From Trichosphaerium sp. ATCC 40318 (Eukaryota > Protista > Tubulinea), in the NCBI GenBank assembly GCA_038496445.1, contig JALMLS010000525.1, positions 62,001 to 126,000 on the forward strand: a stretch of DNA of 64,000 bases, read 5' to 3'. Position 1 is the stretch's first letter; every line of letters begins with the position of its first letter. The position numbers were made by a program, and so were the translations under genes. The notes under the pieces were generated by a model that worked only from the letters and a program-made list of their open reading frames with translations, made no database searches and was not told the origin of the DNA. Below, in pieces: positions 1-12,767 of this stretch.

Positions 1-49
1 AAGGTTCTATTTGGCTTGGTTGAAAAATTTATCTTGTTTATTAGTTCAT

Positions 50-1784
50 TTACAAGCTAAGAGCCAAAACAATAGCACACAAAACAGCTGAGAAGACCAT
101 TGTTAAAGCTGAAGATGTAGGAGCAACAGGCATAGTAGGCATAACTGGCATAACTGGAGCGGCAGTAGGAGCAACTGGCATAGTTGGCATAACTGGAGCG
201 GCGGTAGTTGGGGCAACTGGAGCGGCGGTAGTTGGGGCAACTGGAGCAGCAGTAGTTGGAGGAACAATGGCTGATGCAGTGATTACTTGGTCAATAACAT
301 GGATGACACCGTTGAATGCGCGTTGGTTGGCAATTGTGACTGTAATGTTACCATTGATTGTGACTGTACCAGAATTGACAGTGATTTGAAGAGAAGTATC
401 TGAGTTAAGTGGCATAACAGTTTGTCTAAGCAAACAGAGTGAGAATCGTACGTTTCGATAAAGGGTAAAAATGGCTTTTTTTTTTTTGTACGTACGTTGG
501 CATAAGATCAGTGGAGAAGATCATACCGCTGAGAACGTGGTTCAAGAGGATACCAGACAAAGCTTCAGGTGCTACGGTACCAGCAGCTGTAAAAGCAGCG
601 TTGGTTGGAGCGAACAAAGTGAATCTGTTTGTAGTGTTTCCAATAGTGGCTGTGAGGTTTGCTTGGGCGAGTGCGTCAGATAAGCTGGTGAGACCGAGTC
701 CGGCGAGGAGTTCGTTGAGTGTCAAATCTTCTGGTACAATGATAGTGTCAACAACATGAACAACACCATTGCTAGTGAAGACATCAGTTGCAACGATGTT
801 TGAGTAAGTATTGACAGTTCCAGCAGTGCTGTTGATGGTCAATGAAGAATTGGCCAAAAGAGGTGTTACAGGATCGGAAGGTAGACTGTTTGAGTAAGCA
901 AGAGCTGAAATAAAGAGTTAGTGTCTTTCGTAGAAAGAAAAAAAGAAAACAAAAAAAAAGACAAAAAAAATTGTTGTATCAAAGTAAAAAGTACCTGGAA
1001 TGACGTGGTTTTTTAATACTTTTGTGAGGAGCTCTTTACCAACATTAGTTGTTGTTAGGAAAGTGATAACAGATGAGTCGTATTTTAGGAAAGCGTCATT
1101 GTTAGGAGCAAGAACTGTGATGCCAGAAGCAGAGCCAAGTACGGATACAAGGTCAACTGCGGTAAGAGCAGTTACAACGGTTGTTAGGTTAGCTGCGTTG
1201 GCTACAATGGTCAAGTTTTCTGGGGTTGGAATAACAGTTCCAATAGTGTATACGTCGCCGTTTGATAGAGATATATTGCTGATGATTGGGATGCCGTTTA
1301 CGTATTTAAGCACATCATTTTCAAAAACAAGCTTAAGTTTTTGTGCAGCATTGAGAGTTGAAGGTGTGTAGGCGCTGTCAACAAGCATTGTAACGTTACC
1401 AGTAGCGTTGAGTGTTTTGTTTACGCCGTGGTAAGAAAGGACTCCTACTACACCTAAGAGAAATAAAGTTAGTAATGGTTGCTGCTAGCTAGGCTTGAAA
1501 CAAAAAGTGCGGAGAAATAGTGATTCTTTTTTTCTGTGTGTTTTCTTTCTCTTAGTGTACGTACTAACGGAACCAGGCGTAAAAGCACTAAAAGCTTGAT
1601 CGGTAGGAGCAAATAAAGATATTTTTGCGTCTGCTGTAGCATTCAAGAAGTCGACAATTGCTTGCTCTCCTGATGCAAAACTGAACAATTGAGTCAGGTT
1701 TTGGGCTGTTGAAAGGTAGTCGAGTATAGGTTGTGCGCTTGCGCAAGAAACGATAAGGATAAGAGCGATAAATACTGTTCTCAT
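50..1784 (-). CDS. Secreted, probably GPI-anchored fasciclin (FAS1) multi-domain protein, 4 exons
   Basis: Signal peptide MRTVFIALILIVSCASAQ; repeated FAS1 motifs (SLFAPTDQAF, TVLAPNNDAF, TLFAPTNAAF; NGVVHVVDTII, NGVIHVIDQVI); Pro/Thr/Ala-rich linker; hydrophobic C-terminal tail. GT-AG introns near 1564, 994 and 496. Confidence 0.9.
125..262 (-). repeat. Coding tandem repeat (24-nt unit, APTTAAPV, and PVM/PTM variants) in the fasciclin stalk
   Basis: Repeated actggagcggcggtagttggggca units are visible on the + strand. Confidence 0.85.
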
Positions 1785-3944
1785 TTTTGTTTGAGCGAGC
1801 TGTTGCTTTGTAAAGTGATCGGAGCAATTATAAAAAAATTTAAAATGTAGTTGGCGGAAAATTCATCTTTTTTCATAACTTCACGGTACCGAGTAGTAGA
1901 AAAAAATTGTTGCAAAAGTACTGCAAATATCCATTGAAAACTCGTTTTAAAAGGGTTCTATAGTTTTTCCGCGTTTTCGCTTTACTTTTTTAGTATATGG
2001 AAGTATAAGATGCCTAGATGCGTTTATTTATCGTCTGTGTAGTTGTTAAGAGGATACCAAATCTTTCCTATAACCTCCGAGCTCGGTTCAAAAAATTCCC
2101 GATTTCATCCCACATTAGAGTGCAACACACGAACCAACATACTTATTTAAAACGCTCTACTACATGGAACGCTAGAAGACTAATTTGGGGCCTTTTTGTA
2201 TGGTTTTAGCAGAATGCCATATTCCTTTTACGTGTTACTTGATTTAACACTCCGTTTCGCTATTTTCTAGCGAAGCATACGCTACGCTGCGATGATAGAG
2301 TCGAACTAGTTGCAAGTTTCTCCGCAGTTAAACGTACTAAGTTGCAACAATGACGTGTTGTAACCGTTGTTGATCCTCTCTGAAGTAATTGTGAAGAAAA
2401 ATCGGAAAAACAACTCGTAAACTAACAACGTGTGCGTAGTTTTTACGCTACAAGTCACATTAAATAGCTTTTTTAGCTTTTTGGCGCTTTTATTCAAATG
2501 AAAAAAGTAGTTAAGAAAATGCACCTGAAGCACACTTGTTTTGCGTTGTTTGTCATACAAACCATAGGAAACAACAGATGGACAAAATGTATTTCATTTC
2601 GTACGATAATCACACGTCAATTTACGATAATACCTAAATAAAACAAAAGCAGCAAGTGTCTTTTAAAAACAACTTGCATTTGCTTCTTTTTTTCGTTTTT
2701 TTTTTTTTTCCTTTCGAATCTTTTGCACTTGTACGTGAGTTTGTGGTACTCCGGGATAGAACGATCCTTAGCCTTCTTGCGTTGTTCGTTTCAGTAACAC
2801 CCGTTCAGTGCAATGTCCGGGTTGTCAGCATTTTTGAACGGCAAAGCCTCTGCATGGAATCTTTGTTGATTACTGTTAAGAGCGCTTCAAACGTACCAGA
2901 ACAGTTTGCTATTAGTATATCGCCATTTTAGCCTGAAAATACGGTACATTTTATCGAATGGGATGGTAGCATGCCGTTGACGTGGAGTCTATTTGGTGTA
3001 CGCCTCTGATTTTGTAGTTTTATGTTGTCCTTGGTTTTCTACTTACATCCAGTAGCTTCGTTTACTTAATGTTTCTAGTGCCGCAGAATGTAGAACTATT
3101 TCTGGCACGTTTTGGAATACCTGTGAAGACAAACTTGTTCTAGGCCACTGTATAATTTCACTATTTGATCAAACAAAAATTGCCATAGAATTGACTTCGC
3201 GATTGCCAACAAAACTATCTATGCGGCAACGTAGTATACCTCAACTTGTACAACAGTGTGGGAAGAGAAAGTCTTGAAGCTTATTTGTTGGTAATACCTT
3301 TCATGGTTTAAAAGAGAAAATGAAATGAATCTTAAAGGTATCCGATACCCTAACAGTATTCTAAAACTTCCAACTTGTCATACAATTTTTCTTATCAAAT
3401 GGGTTTAAACACAATTTTGACCTTAGCCAAAAATTCCTTTTTGAATAAACGGTATCTACAAACGTCTAGTTTATGAAGGTCACGTATATATCTCGTAGAT
3501 TTACAACATGCGATATACGTTATCTGCACATTGATTAACCTGCAAGTATTATTTTGCACATAACAAATGTTGTTTGTTGTTTTGTCAACTTTTATGAGAA
3601 ATCATTCTTTATGTTGTTTTACAAACTATGACACGTGATTCCAAAACAGTTTTGTTTTTCACTTTTTTTTCCCTTTGAAAAGGTGACGACATTTTGTTGG
3701 GTCTTTCTCGGCTCCTTACCCACCTTTCGCAAATTAACAAGAATCCGTACGTTCCCAAAATTGGTAATTTTCCGGGTTTGCCCCGACTTGAATAATAAAG
3801 TAAGAGTAAGCACTCTGCCTGTTCTTAAAGAGATTTGCCCGACTTGACAGGTATACGAAACCCGAAATAGTTCCAAGTTTGAGAAAACTCGCATTTTTTG
3901 ACATCGTGCTGTCTCGCTGTCCATTTAAATATATCTAACCAACA

Positions 3945-4761
3945 ATGGGCAACAAGCAAGGCGGCAAAGTACAAGCAAGTAGAACGCTTCTCTATCAAGT
4001 CTAAGACGTAGAAAACCTTAGTCTGGGAGAAGTAGGGTCTCTTAAAGCTACTTTTGCAGATCATAGTAAGAAGAAAGGCATAAATAGCCGTTTTGAAATG
4101 CGAAACTCTCGGGCAACTTGTAGAGAGAATGAATATACTATTGGTAGCGAAAGAGGAAGAAAAAAAATAAGTAGATAATATAATCGGTATTATGCCTTTT
4201 CTCAGGTTAAAACGCACTTTGAAGAGAAAGAAGCTTGGAGATATTGCACAGATATTCAAGGCTTTAGATGATGATGGAAACGGTTTTGTTGATTTGGGTG
4301 AATTCATTCACATGTGCGATTTAGCAAAATCACGTGATTTATCGACACGGCTTCAAATATTCTACAAAGTTGCAAATAGTGGAAAAACCGATTCCTTGGA
4401 TGCCAGTGGAGCTCAACTTCTCAGTTTTATTGCTGGTGGTAAAGATATAACTGGGATGAGTATTGATGATTTTGTAAAAGAATTCAAAGACACTACGGAC
4501 CCTGAACTTTTACAAGAATTAGGACTCACTCCTCCAAATTATATTTGTATTGAGACTCTAACTTTCAGTACTTCTTTTTACCCTTACGTTGCCGATGACG
4601 CCCTTGATGTCCTACTCGTTAAAATTAACGACTCAGAAGGCATACCCACTACCCAACTTTCATTGTATGGGAAGGATGTCAAGCTAGTGAACGAGAAGAC
4701 AATGAAAGAAAATAATGTTTCTGCTGGAGACACTCTTCTCCAAATTCTTAGTTTAAGATAA
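3945..4761 (+). CDS. N-myristoylated EF-hand (calcineurin B/recoverin-like) protein with a C-terminal ubiquitin-like domain; 5' exon structure uncertain, apparent 1-nt frameshift near 4232
   Basis: ATG at 3945 gives MGNKQGGK; EF-hand DDDGNGFVDLGE; the C-terminus ICIETLT...KINDSEGIPTTQLSL...DTLLQILSLR aligns by eye to ubiquitin. Confidence 0.7.
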
Positions 4762-5363
4762 ACTTTGTTTTCTTGTTCTTCTTTAAATAAACAATATCCT
4801 TAAACGTATTTTGGTTATGTATAGCGGATTACTTACTTCTACGGAGATAACTCGTCCGTAGTTACTCTGTATTTCGCAAAAATATTGTACGATACTTCGA
4901 TATTTGCTCCAAACGGAATTTGACTGTAAAGAATTCTGAAGCGTCTCAAATTAGTGGTGAGAAGAACGGGTCTGCATCCGCAGACCAAATGTTAGAGCTT
5001 ACTTTTCCAATACGGATGGTTCGTTTAGAGTTTGAAGATTGGTCATACTGTAGCAACTGGGAGAAAATTCTCTCTTCAATTGACTGACTACTTCCGTAAT
5101 GGAAAAAGCGAAGTTTGTTTGTATACAATAAATTCACCAAAAAAGATGCACAAACCACGTAGCATGCAAAGAAATTGAGAAAATTTTGTTTTTCCTAGTG
5201 TCAATGCTCCAGAGCAGCAGTTAGCTCTGTAACTATTTTACTAAGGAAATGGAATTGACGCCTTTTTGAACCACCCTGTAGTGACTGACGGAATTTGACT
5301 TGAAAACTGAAGCTTTTTTTTGTTGTGCTTTTTGGTGTTTACGCTTGATTTTTGACTTCAACA

Positions 5364-6791
5364 ATGAATCTACGCTTGCTTTTACTACAAATCTGCAATC
5401 TTGGCGCTGTTTTGTTCATGATTGTTATGAACGCGCTAAGCGCTACCATTGGCTGGAACAATACTACCAATGCAAAGGTATCAGCGTTGTACGACACAAG
5501 GTACATCATACGAACTCGAAACCAAGCAAACTGTTAAAAACCTCTTAGAATAACTCCTGCTGGCTATGCGTTTAGCATATGGCTAGTAATATTCATTGGG
5601 CTTATGATTTTCGCTATTTATCAACTTTTCCCTCGTAACGCGGACAAGAACGGTTTAGTAGACAAAGTATCCATCTGGATACTGGTGAATGGCCTAGCAA
5701 ATGGTAAATAACCGTTTTTGATACCAAAATCTCTAATTTGTCTGTAGGTGTATGGTAGGTATTGGAATACGCATAAATTAAACTCACAATAACTAACAGG
5801 TCCATTGCATTCAACTATCAAAAACTTTGGGCTGCGTTCGTCATTATCTTGATTGCCCTTTTCTCCGTCGCCATGATATACCACCGTCTAGATATTGGCG
5901 GGAGATCAGGTACGTTTTAGTACATTTTTATAAAAATACCATTATTACGGCTCGGAGTAATACGTGCGGTTGTAAATTCGCATGAGAAAACCCTTTTGGA
6001 GATGAACAACTCCGTTCAAGGCCTCTTAAGGAATTTTATTATCAGTTTTTTTTTCTCGAATTTTTTTTTTGCTGATGCTTTTGACAGATGAGCACAAGTA
6101 CCCTTATGGTAAGAGTAAGAGAGAGCAAATTATTAGACTTCTTACAGTCGAATTGCCATTCTCAGTTTACTTTGGATGGTTATCTGTAGCATCATGTGCT
6201 AATCTAGCAATATGTTTTTACACAAGTACGCTCAACTTTTTTTTTTTTTCACACTTTTCTTTTCTTTTCTTTTTGCATAACACGCTCAGAGATATCCCTT
6301 ACACCTCTTTCACGTTCCTCGAAAACGTTGAGAGGTAATGTTAAGGTTATTTCGACGTGTTTACCATGAGCTAATACAGCACTATTTGCAATGTTTGTTT
6401 TTCTTACCAAATAATTTTTTTCTTAGTTCTTGACAAGTCCCAAATTCGTGGATTTTGGCTTGAAGGTCAAGCTATTGCTTTGTTCGTTGTAATTGCTATT
6501 GCAACGATTTCAATGGTTGTATTTAGGAGAGATGCAGCTTATGCCTTTGTTGTATGCTGGGCTCTCATTGCAATCAGCATTAAGCAATTCGAGTACAAAA
6601 TCATCTTCTTTATGGCTTTGACCTTGGGCGTTCTTTCAGGTATCACGGGACTTGTATGTGTTGTGTTGCGCTTTCTAGCTTTTATCCGTGGAGATGATAC
6701 CAAAGGTGATAGAACACTTATCGCTAATGTTGATGATGTAAGAGACATTCCACAAGAGTTATCTTCTGATAGCGCAGACGAAAATTTGTGA
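5364..6791 (+). CDS. Multi-pass membrane protein, tryptophan-rich sensory (TspO-like)/DUF1774-like family
   Basis: Spliced motifs VSALYDT-ITPAGYAFSIW, LPFSVYFGWLSVASCAN and YAFVVCWALIAI are typical of this family; includes a 7-nt microexon at 5748-5754. Confidence 0.75.
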
Positions 6792-6994
6792 GTTTTCTAC
6801 ATTTCTTTCAACAAAAAGAATAAAAAGAAGTCTACCTTGAGATCTCATTTTACTGTTATATCAATATTTACATCATAGTGTAGTCATAAATGACTGTGGA
6901 TGGGTGTTGACTTATTTCCCGAACGAGAAAAATGTAGTTCTTGACTTGAGCTAGTTTTTTTTCTGACTTAATCTATTTATCTTCTTCTTTTTTC

Positions 6995-9900
6995 ATGCTA
7001 CGAGGATCGAAAATAAGTATAACTGACATGGCGTCAGATTGGGAGATAACTGACCTACCACAGGAGATTTTAGTACGTATTTTGTACATAGAAGACAGAA
7101 AATGCTAATTTTTGTAGCTTGCTATATTTAAGTGCATGGATGGCAAGTCACTAGTAGCTAGTATAAGAACATGCCAATTGTGGCGCGATATTGCGAACAC
7201 GGACGAAATTTGGCAAGAACTGTGTGATAGCTATATTAAATACCTTCCAAAGAACCAAGAGACTCCGTAAGCGACTATGACAGTATAACTGATCATTCTA
7301 ATTATTATTATTAGAAAAGACAGGTTTGTCGCTGATAGAGCACTCATAACAAAGGCAGAACTCATTCAACGCATTTGGTTCTATGGTATTCAATACTACC
7401 GCCCGAAATTCTCACCACAGTACATATATCGTACATTGGTACGTCAGTACAGCGAAAAACAATACTTTTAGTTCTAGTTGAGTTGGTTATTTCTAAAAAA
7501 CATGAATTTGTGGTAGGCAACACATACTATTGTTTGCAGTGAAACAGAAGACTGGGATGAAAGTGATGTGTGGGATCCTAATGAACAGCCACATCCCCAC
7601 CAAGCTATAAGAAAAAAGAGAATATTTAAAACACTTAATGAAGCAGTGGAATACGCACATGATGGCGATTACATACACGTGGCACACAACTTAGGACTTT
7701 GGAAACGTACTTCTTGTTTTCTTTTTTGTTCCGTCTGTTCCTAATACATTCTGACATTTCTACGACATAGATACAGAAGATCATATAGTTATAAATAAAG
7801 CTGTGCATATAAGCTCTGGAATTTCACGTTGTATAGGTACGTACAAGGCAAACTCTTAAGTTGTCATGCGACTTAATATCTAATCTTTTTTTTTTCTTAT
7901 AACAGCACAACACAAGAGGTATATTTTGCAAGGATGGAAAGGTTTGATTACTATTGAACTAAAAGATCCATCTGCTATTGCGTATATGGCAAATGGATCT
8001 ATTAGTCAGGTAGAAGTCAAAAGTGGCAAAGTTGTATTCACCAATACGTTGCTTGAAGAAAATAAGCGAACTGGCAATGGTGGTATTACTGTTAACTCTG
8101 GCTGTGGGTTAAAAATTGTGAATTCAACGGTGCGCTATTTTAATATTCAAAGAAAACTACAGGCAAAACGTTAAACAGCCAGACCTTTGTACTTTTCTCT
8201 ATTAGTTTTTTAGGATTTTTTTTTTAGCTGATATTTTCTTGCTTTTTTTTTGCTTTCCTACTAATACGTCTTAGCTGCTTATCCCTGTTGATCTAAAAGA
8301 TGGATGTAAGGAATGTAATTTACTTGTTAATATGTCAGAATGGTCAGGTTCTTTCGATAAGTGTACGTTATCTCTTCACTTTGTTTGCTCAAATATGTTG
8401 TAGTTATCCTACAGAACTGGAAGTTACTGGAAGCCCATGGAGAAGATCCTATAATGGCAGCTTCATGTATACATACTCTAGCATCTTGTTCTGCTTTCTT
8501 GATTAGTGGTAACGCCGTTTCTTCTAAGGAAGATTTTGATAAATGCGAAGAAGGTGAATCTTTACAGAAAAAGTGCTAACTAATCTCGTTTTTTAAATAG
8601 CTTTGGGCATGGATACAAAACTGCGCGAAAAGCTCGGAAAGATAATGTCTCAAACAAAGAATTACGAAGTAGATGCTTTAATGACTCTGTTTGAAGCCAT
8701 GGCAAGATTATTTGAGGCTTACTCTGACCGTGGTGGAGAAGACAGTGGTAAGTAATAAACAACTATCCCTCTTTTTTGAAAAACTACATTTTAGAGCATC
8801 TCCTTGCCTCTATGCAGTTTGAAAGTACTCTATTTGAGCATATTAAAGATAGCATTAATGAACCGGAGTTAATGCAATCAACATCAGAGTGTTTAAAGCA
8901 CTTGATTTATGCATACAATAAACATGTGAAAAGTACACAAAAAAGCGTTCACAGGATTTTTTTAGTTTACTCTTATCTTTAGCAAGCGTGTGCAATGGCT
9001 TGATTAGTAAAGGCATTATTGACATATTTCATAAAGCTATAAGGATCCGTAGAGATGCGGACAGCTTTGAAGAGGTGTTATGTTTGCTACGCTTGGTAGT
9101 ATCTTCCAGTACTGGTAATTGAAAAAACAGTTTTTTGGAAGCACGTTTTTTTTTTGACTGTTCCTTTAGAAGGTTCCAATGCTCTACTTAATGCTGGTGG
9201 TATTGGTTTGCTCACTGGTATATTCGAAAAGGATATGCAGCATGCTGAGAAATTCCACAGACACAATGATACGACATATTGGACGGCATGCATATTTAGT
9301 AGATTTTATACAAATGAAGGTACATTTTTTTCGTTTTTTGATTTTGTTTTGGCTAACTTTATGACCCTTAGGAGCAATTGACTCTGAATCTTTCTATATG
9401 GCACTACGTAAATGTCGTACTGCTAAGTACATTATGCAATACTATACTAAGATTGAACTTTCACAGCAAATGACTAAATTTTATTCACGTACTATGTGTG
9501 TTCTTAGCCAAGATGGTACGGTTTTGGTTTTCTTGACACAACTCAAATCATTCAAATTCTCTTCACTTTTTTCCCCTCCCACCCCACATAATACGATCTT
9601 ACGCTAATTTTAATGATAAAAACAATTTAATGGGTGTAAGAGGTTGAATGATTCAAGCTATTGCTTGGTTTTTTTTAGTTCTTACTTTTTTTTCTAGCCA
9701 AATCTCTTTCGTCAGTATGGGATCTTGCCTGTGATTATCTATATAATGCACCTGATAAATTATGCTTAAGTGTTATTGCTCTTACAGTAATGACACTTTG
9801 TTTTGAACCACAAGCTGTGGAGTACTTGATTGGTCAAAATCTGTTCTCTGTATTCAAAGATATTCTTCGTGCTAAATGTGATATTACTAAAAAGGCTGTT

Positions 9901-11383
9901 GGGTACCTTATCAACGCTCTTGTTGCTCTATCTAGGAACGGTAAGTATTACATGATTTTATACTGTATTGAGTTTGTTGTGACCTTCTATCATAGAAGCA
10001 GTAATGCGTGACCATAGAGGAGAGCTTGAGAAATTAGCAAAAACAACATCTGCATCACATATGACTTTTGCGGAACAACTGAAAGATCTCCAAAATTCGA
10101 CCAATCAAAGCCATTTGAATGGTTTACTATTATCTTGTGCACAACAGACTATTTCAGGTACAACTCCTGGTTATTGTCAAGTTTTTTCTTTTTTGGAACA
10201 AATCTGTGTCTTGTATCTAGTACAGTCCCTTTCTCCCATAATAATGAACTACGACCAATCAAAGAACTATAAAACTATTTCTTAGTATTTCTTGTTATCG
10301 GATATTCTATCATACAAGACAAATGCCTTTGTCCGATTTTTCTTTTCACTAATTGTTTTGCAAAAGGCAAAATCAAAATGTCTAGAGGTTCTTTTAAAAA
10401 CTTAAAGTATATAACTCCTGGAGCTTTAACATGCCCTGTACGTATTAATAACACATTAAAAGAAAACAAAAAACATGTACAAAGCACGTGCTTTATACGT
10501 GTTTTGCACGTGATGTGGGTAAGTAAAAACGAAAGGCTAACTTTTTTTTGTAGGATGGTTTAACCGTAGTTAATCGATTCTGTGCTTTTGATAGTTGTAT
10601 TGCTGATTGCTTTGTAACTACTGGTGCGTATAGGCATCATGATATTTGACTTAATAGTTCTATAGGTAAATGGTATTATGAAGTGACATTTATCACAAGC
10701 AGACTAATGCAAGTTGGTTGGGCATCACCCAATTGTTTGTTAGATTACAAGGTAAATTACTATTTTATGCTTGTTTTGTCTGGAAAGCTATCTAACCTTT
10801 CCGTACTAGCATGGTTCTGGAATTGGAGATGATGAATTATCATGGGCTATTGATTTATACAGACGTGTTTACTGGCATGCTGGAAAGAAGCGTGTTCCTT
10901 TCTATGGTAAACCAAAACAACAACATTGTAAAATTAATTGTTTTCTAAGATTTGGACGAAATGCCAAAGTGGAGCAAAGGAATGACTCTCCAATGTTGCC
11001 TAGACCTAGATTCGGTAAGTTAATCTAGTATTATGCATGATTATTATTTCTTATATGTATAATAGACACCCACACGGATGAGATTCTGTCTTAACGGAGG
11101 AGTATGTTTTCGGGGTTTTTTGAACGATTTTGTTTTTGGTTGAATGCTAACTAATGATGCCTTTTAGGCTTGGCTAGCGGATAAATTTGTAGGATTTGAG
11201 GTACCAGAAGGAGGTCTAGCACCAGCATTTTCCCTTGAAATAGCCCAGGCTTGCACAGCGAATTTTGGTGTGGATGGGTTTAGGTGCGTTGATGCAAACT
11301 GTCCAACGAACCTGTTGATATTCTTATTAAATTATAGGTATGAAGTACCGGACGGATATAAACCAATGTATGAGGCTGCGTAA
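6995..11383 (+). CDS. Large multi-exon F-box protein with an FBXO11-like beta-helix segment, a helical middle region and a C-terminal SPRY domain (alternative start 7028)
   Basis: F-box ITDLPQEIL|LAIFKCMDGKSLVASIRTCQLWRDIANTDEIW; IFKTLNEAVEYAHDGDYIHV; SPRY GKWYYEVTFITSRLMQVGWA...GIGDDELSWAID...NFGVDGFRYEVPDGY; stop TAA at 11381-11383. Could be two genes. Confidence 0.7.
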
Positions 11384-11646
11384 CAATAATAAACTACTAT
11401 ACAATAAGATATCATCAGGTTGTAGCCTCACGTTTATTGTTGTGCTCACCACAATAACAGAAGGTATAAGGCGTACACAACATAAAGATACAAAAACCTG
11501 AGTATTTATGTTAAAGCTTACAAATGTATCACATCTCGAACTGCGATGTGTATGTTTGGTCCGTTAGCTGTTTGTGAAACTGTCACGTTGAAAAGTATTT
11601 TACAAGATCTACATCGTCTATGGTCGTAGTACCAACAATAAGAGGG

Positions 11647-12269
11647 TTACGTTTGATAATTTTCTACAGTCTTTTTTGGGAAAGAACCGATTAGCACACG
11701 TGCATATTAAATGAATGATTTCTTGACGTACTGTCTCCTCTATTTGTATATCTGTACGTCTTACTCTAGGTTTAGGACGTTTAACCATTCTACGTTGTTG
11801 TAACGCCCCACATTCTGTGCAAGTAACGACAACATGTGTCTCTCTTTGAGCTAAATATTTGAACGGTTAACCGACTCTTTTATGATTTCCTGGTGTGTTT
11901 TTTTTGCGTTACCTTTCATTCTAGTTTGTTTGTTTACGCCTGAAATTAGCACTGCATGGCAGTAACGGCATATATTGGCTTTTACATCAGCTCCACTTGT
12001 TTAAATTAGTTGAAATTGATGTTTTATGCGTTTGCGTACAGTCTGAAGTCGTTTGGGACCTTTTTTGCTACTTTTTTTATTGTGTAGGCATAGTATCGTG
12101 CTAACTCTGGATTTGAATCCGCTACAAGGTCAGCAGCTTGTATTAAATAAGATGTACGTCTTATAGCGACATTATTGAGTTTTCGCCTCTTTTTTTGCTT
12201 TGGGCGCTTGGAACGCTTTCTCTTTGGTTTGGATACTGGTTTTACAGCGTTTATTTCTTCTTTTTCCAT
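11647..12269 (-). CDS. RPP21: RNase P/MRP subunit Rpp21/Rpr2-like zinc-ribbon protein (3' end approximate)
   Basis: RRTSYLIQAA...ELARYY...KKVAKK, then ICRYCHAVLISGVN and HVVVTCTECG (two CxxC pairs). Confidence 0.85.
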
Positions 12270-12767
12270 TCAGAGGGCCCTTTGACGTGGTTTTTCGCTT
12301 GGAGAACAGCTGGAGCAATGTAAAGATATCTCCCTTGGTTTACTAGTATATACAGTGCGTTGAATAGTAAAAAAATGCTTTGAGAAAAAGTTGACTTAAA
12401 ATCATTTGCCAGCCCTAAGTAAACCTCTTGACGTTCATCATAGCCACTTCTTTATAAAGTGTTGCTACTTAGTTTGTGGCAATGGTAGTTAAAGGTACAA
12501 CCCACGTATAACCGAATGGGAAATTGTCCCTAAGACTTGTGCACGTGCTTATAATCTGAGATTCAGCTTGAGGTTTGAATCAATAAGAAACAGTATTTGA
12601 TTGAGCCTCGACATTACCCATAAAGCTAACCCGAGAGTTTTACATGTATGTGCGGCTAACTAAGTATAGCAATACAAAGTTGAAAGGCAACTTTGCCCTC
12701 ATTTTAGCGAAGCTATGAATTTACCGTAAAAGTGACACAAAACAACATAATTGAAAGGAAAAGTGGT

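Noticed and set aside
2700-3160. Coding-looking or structured-looking stretch (possible spliced gene, in-frame TGA in NGCY*NEQ on the - strand, or an ncRNA)
   Set aside because: No consistent spliced frame, recognisable domain, SECIS or snRNA motif could be established.
4946-5158. 70-aa minus-strand ORF
   Set aside because: Non-ATG start, no motif and no supporting exons.
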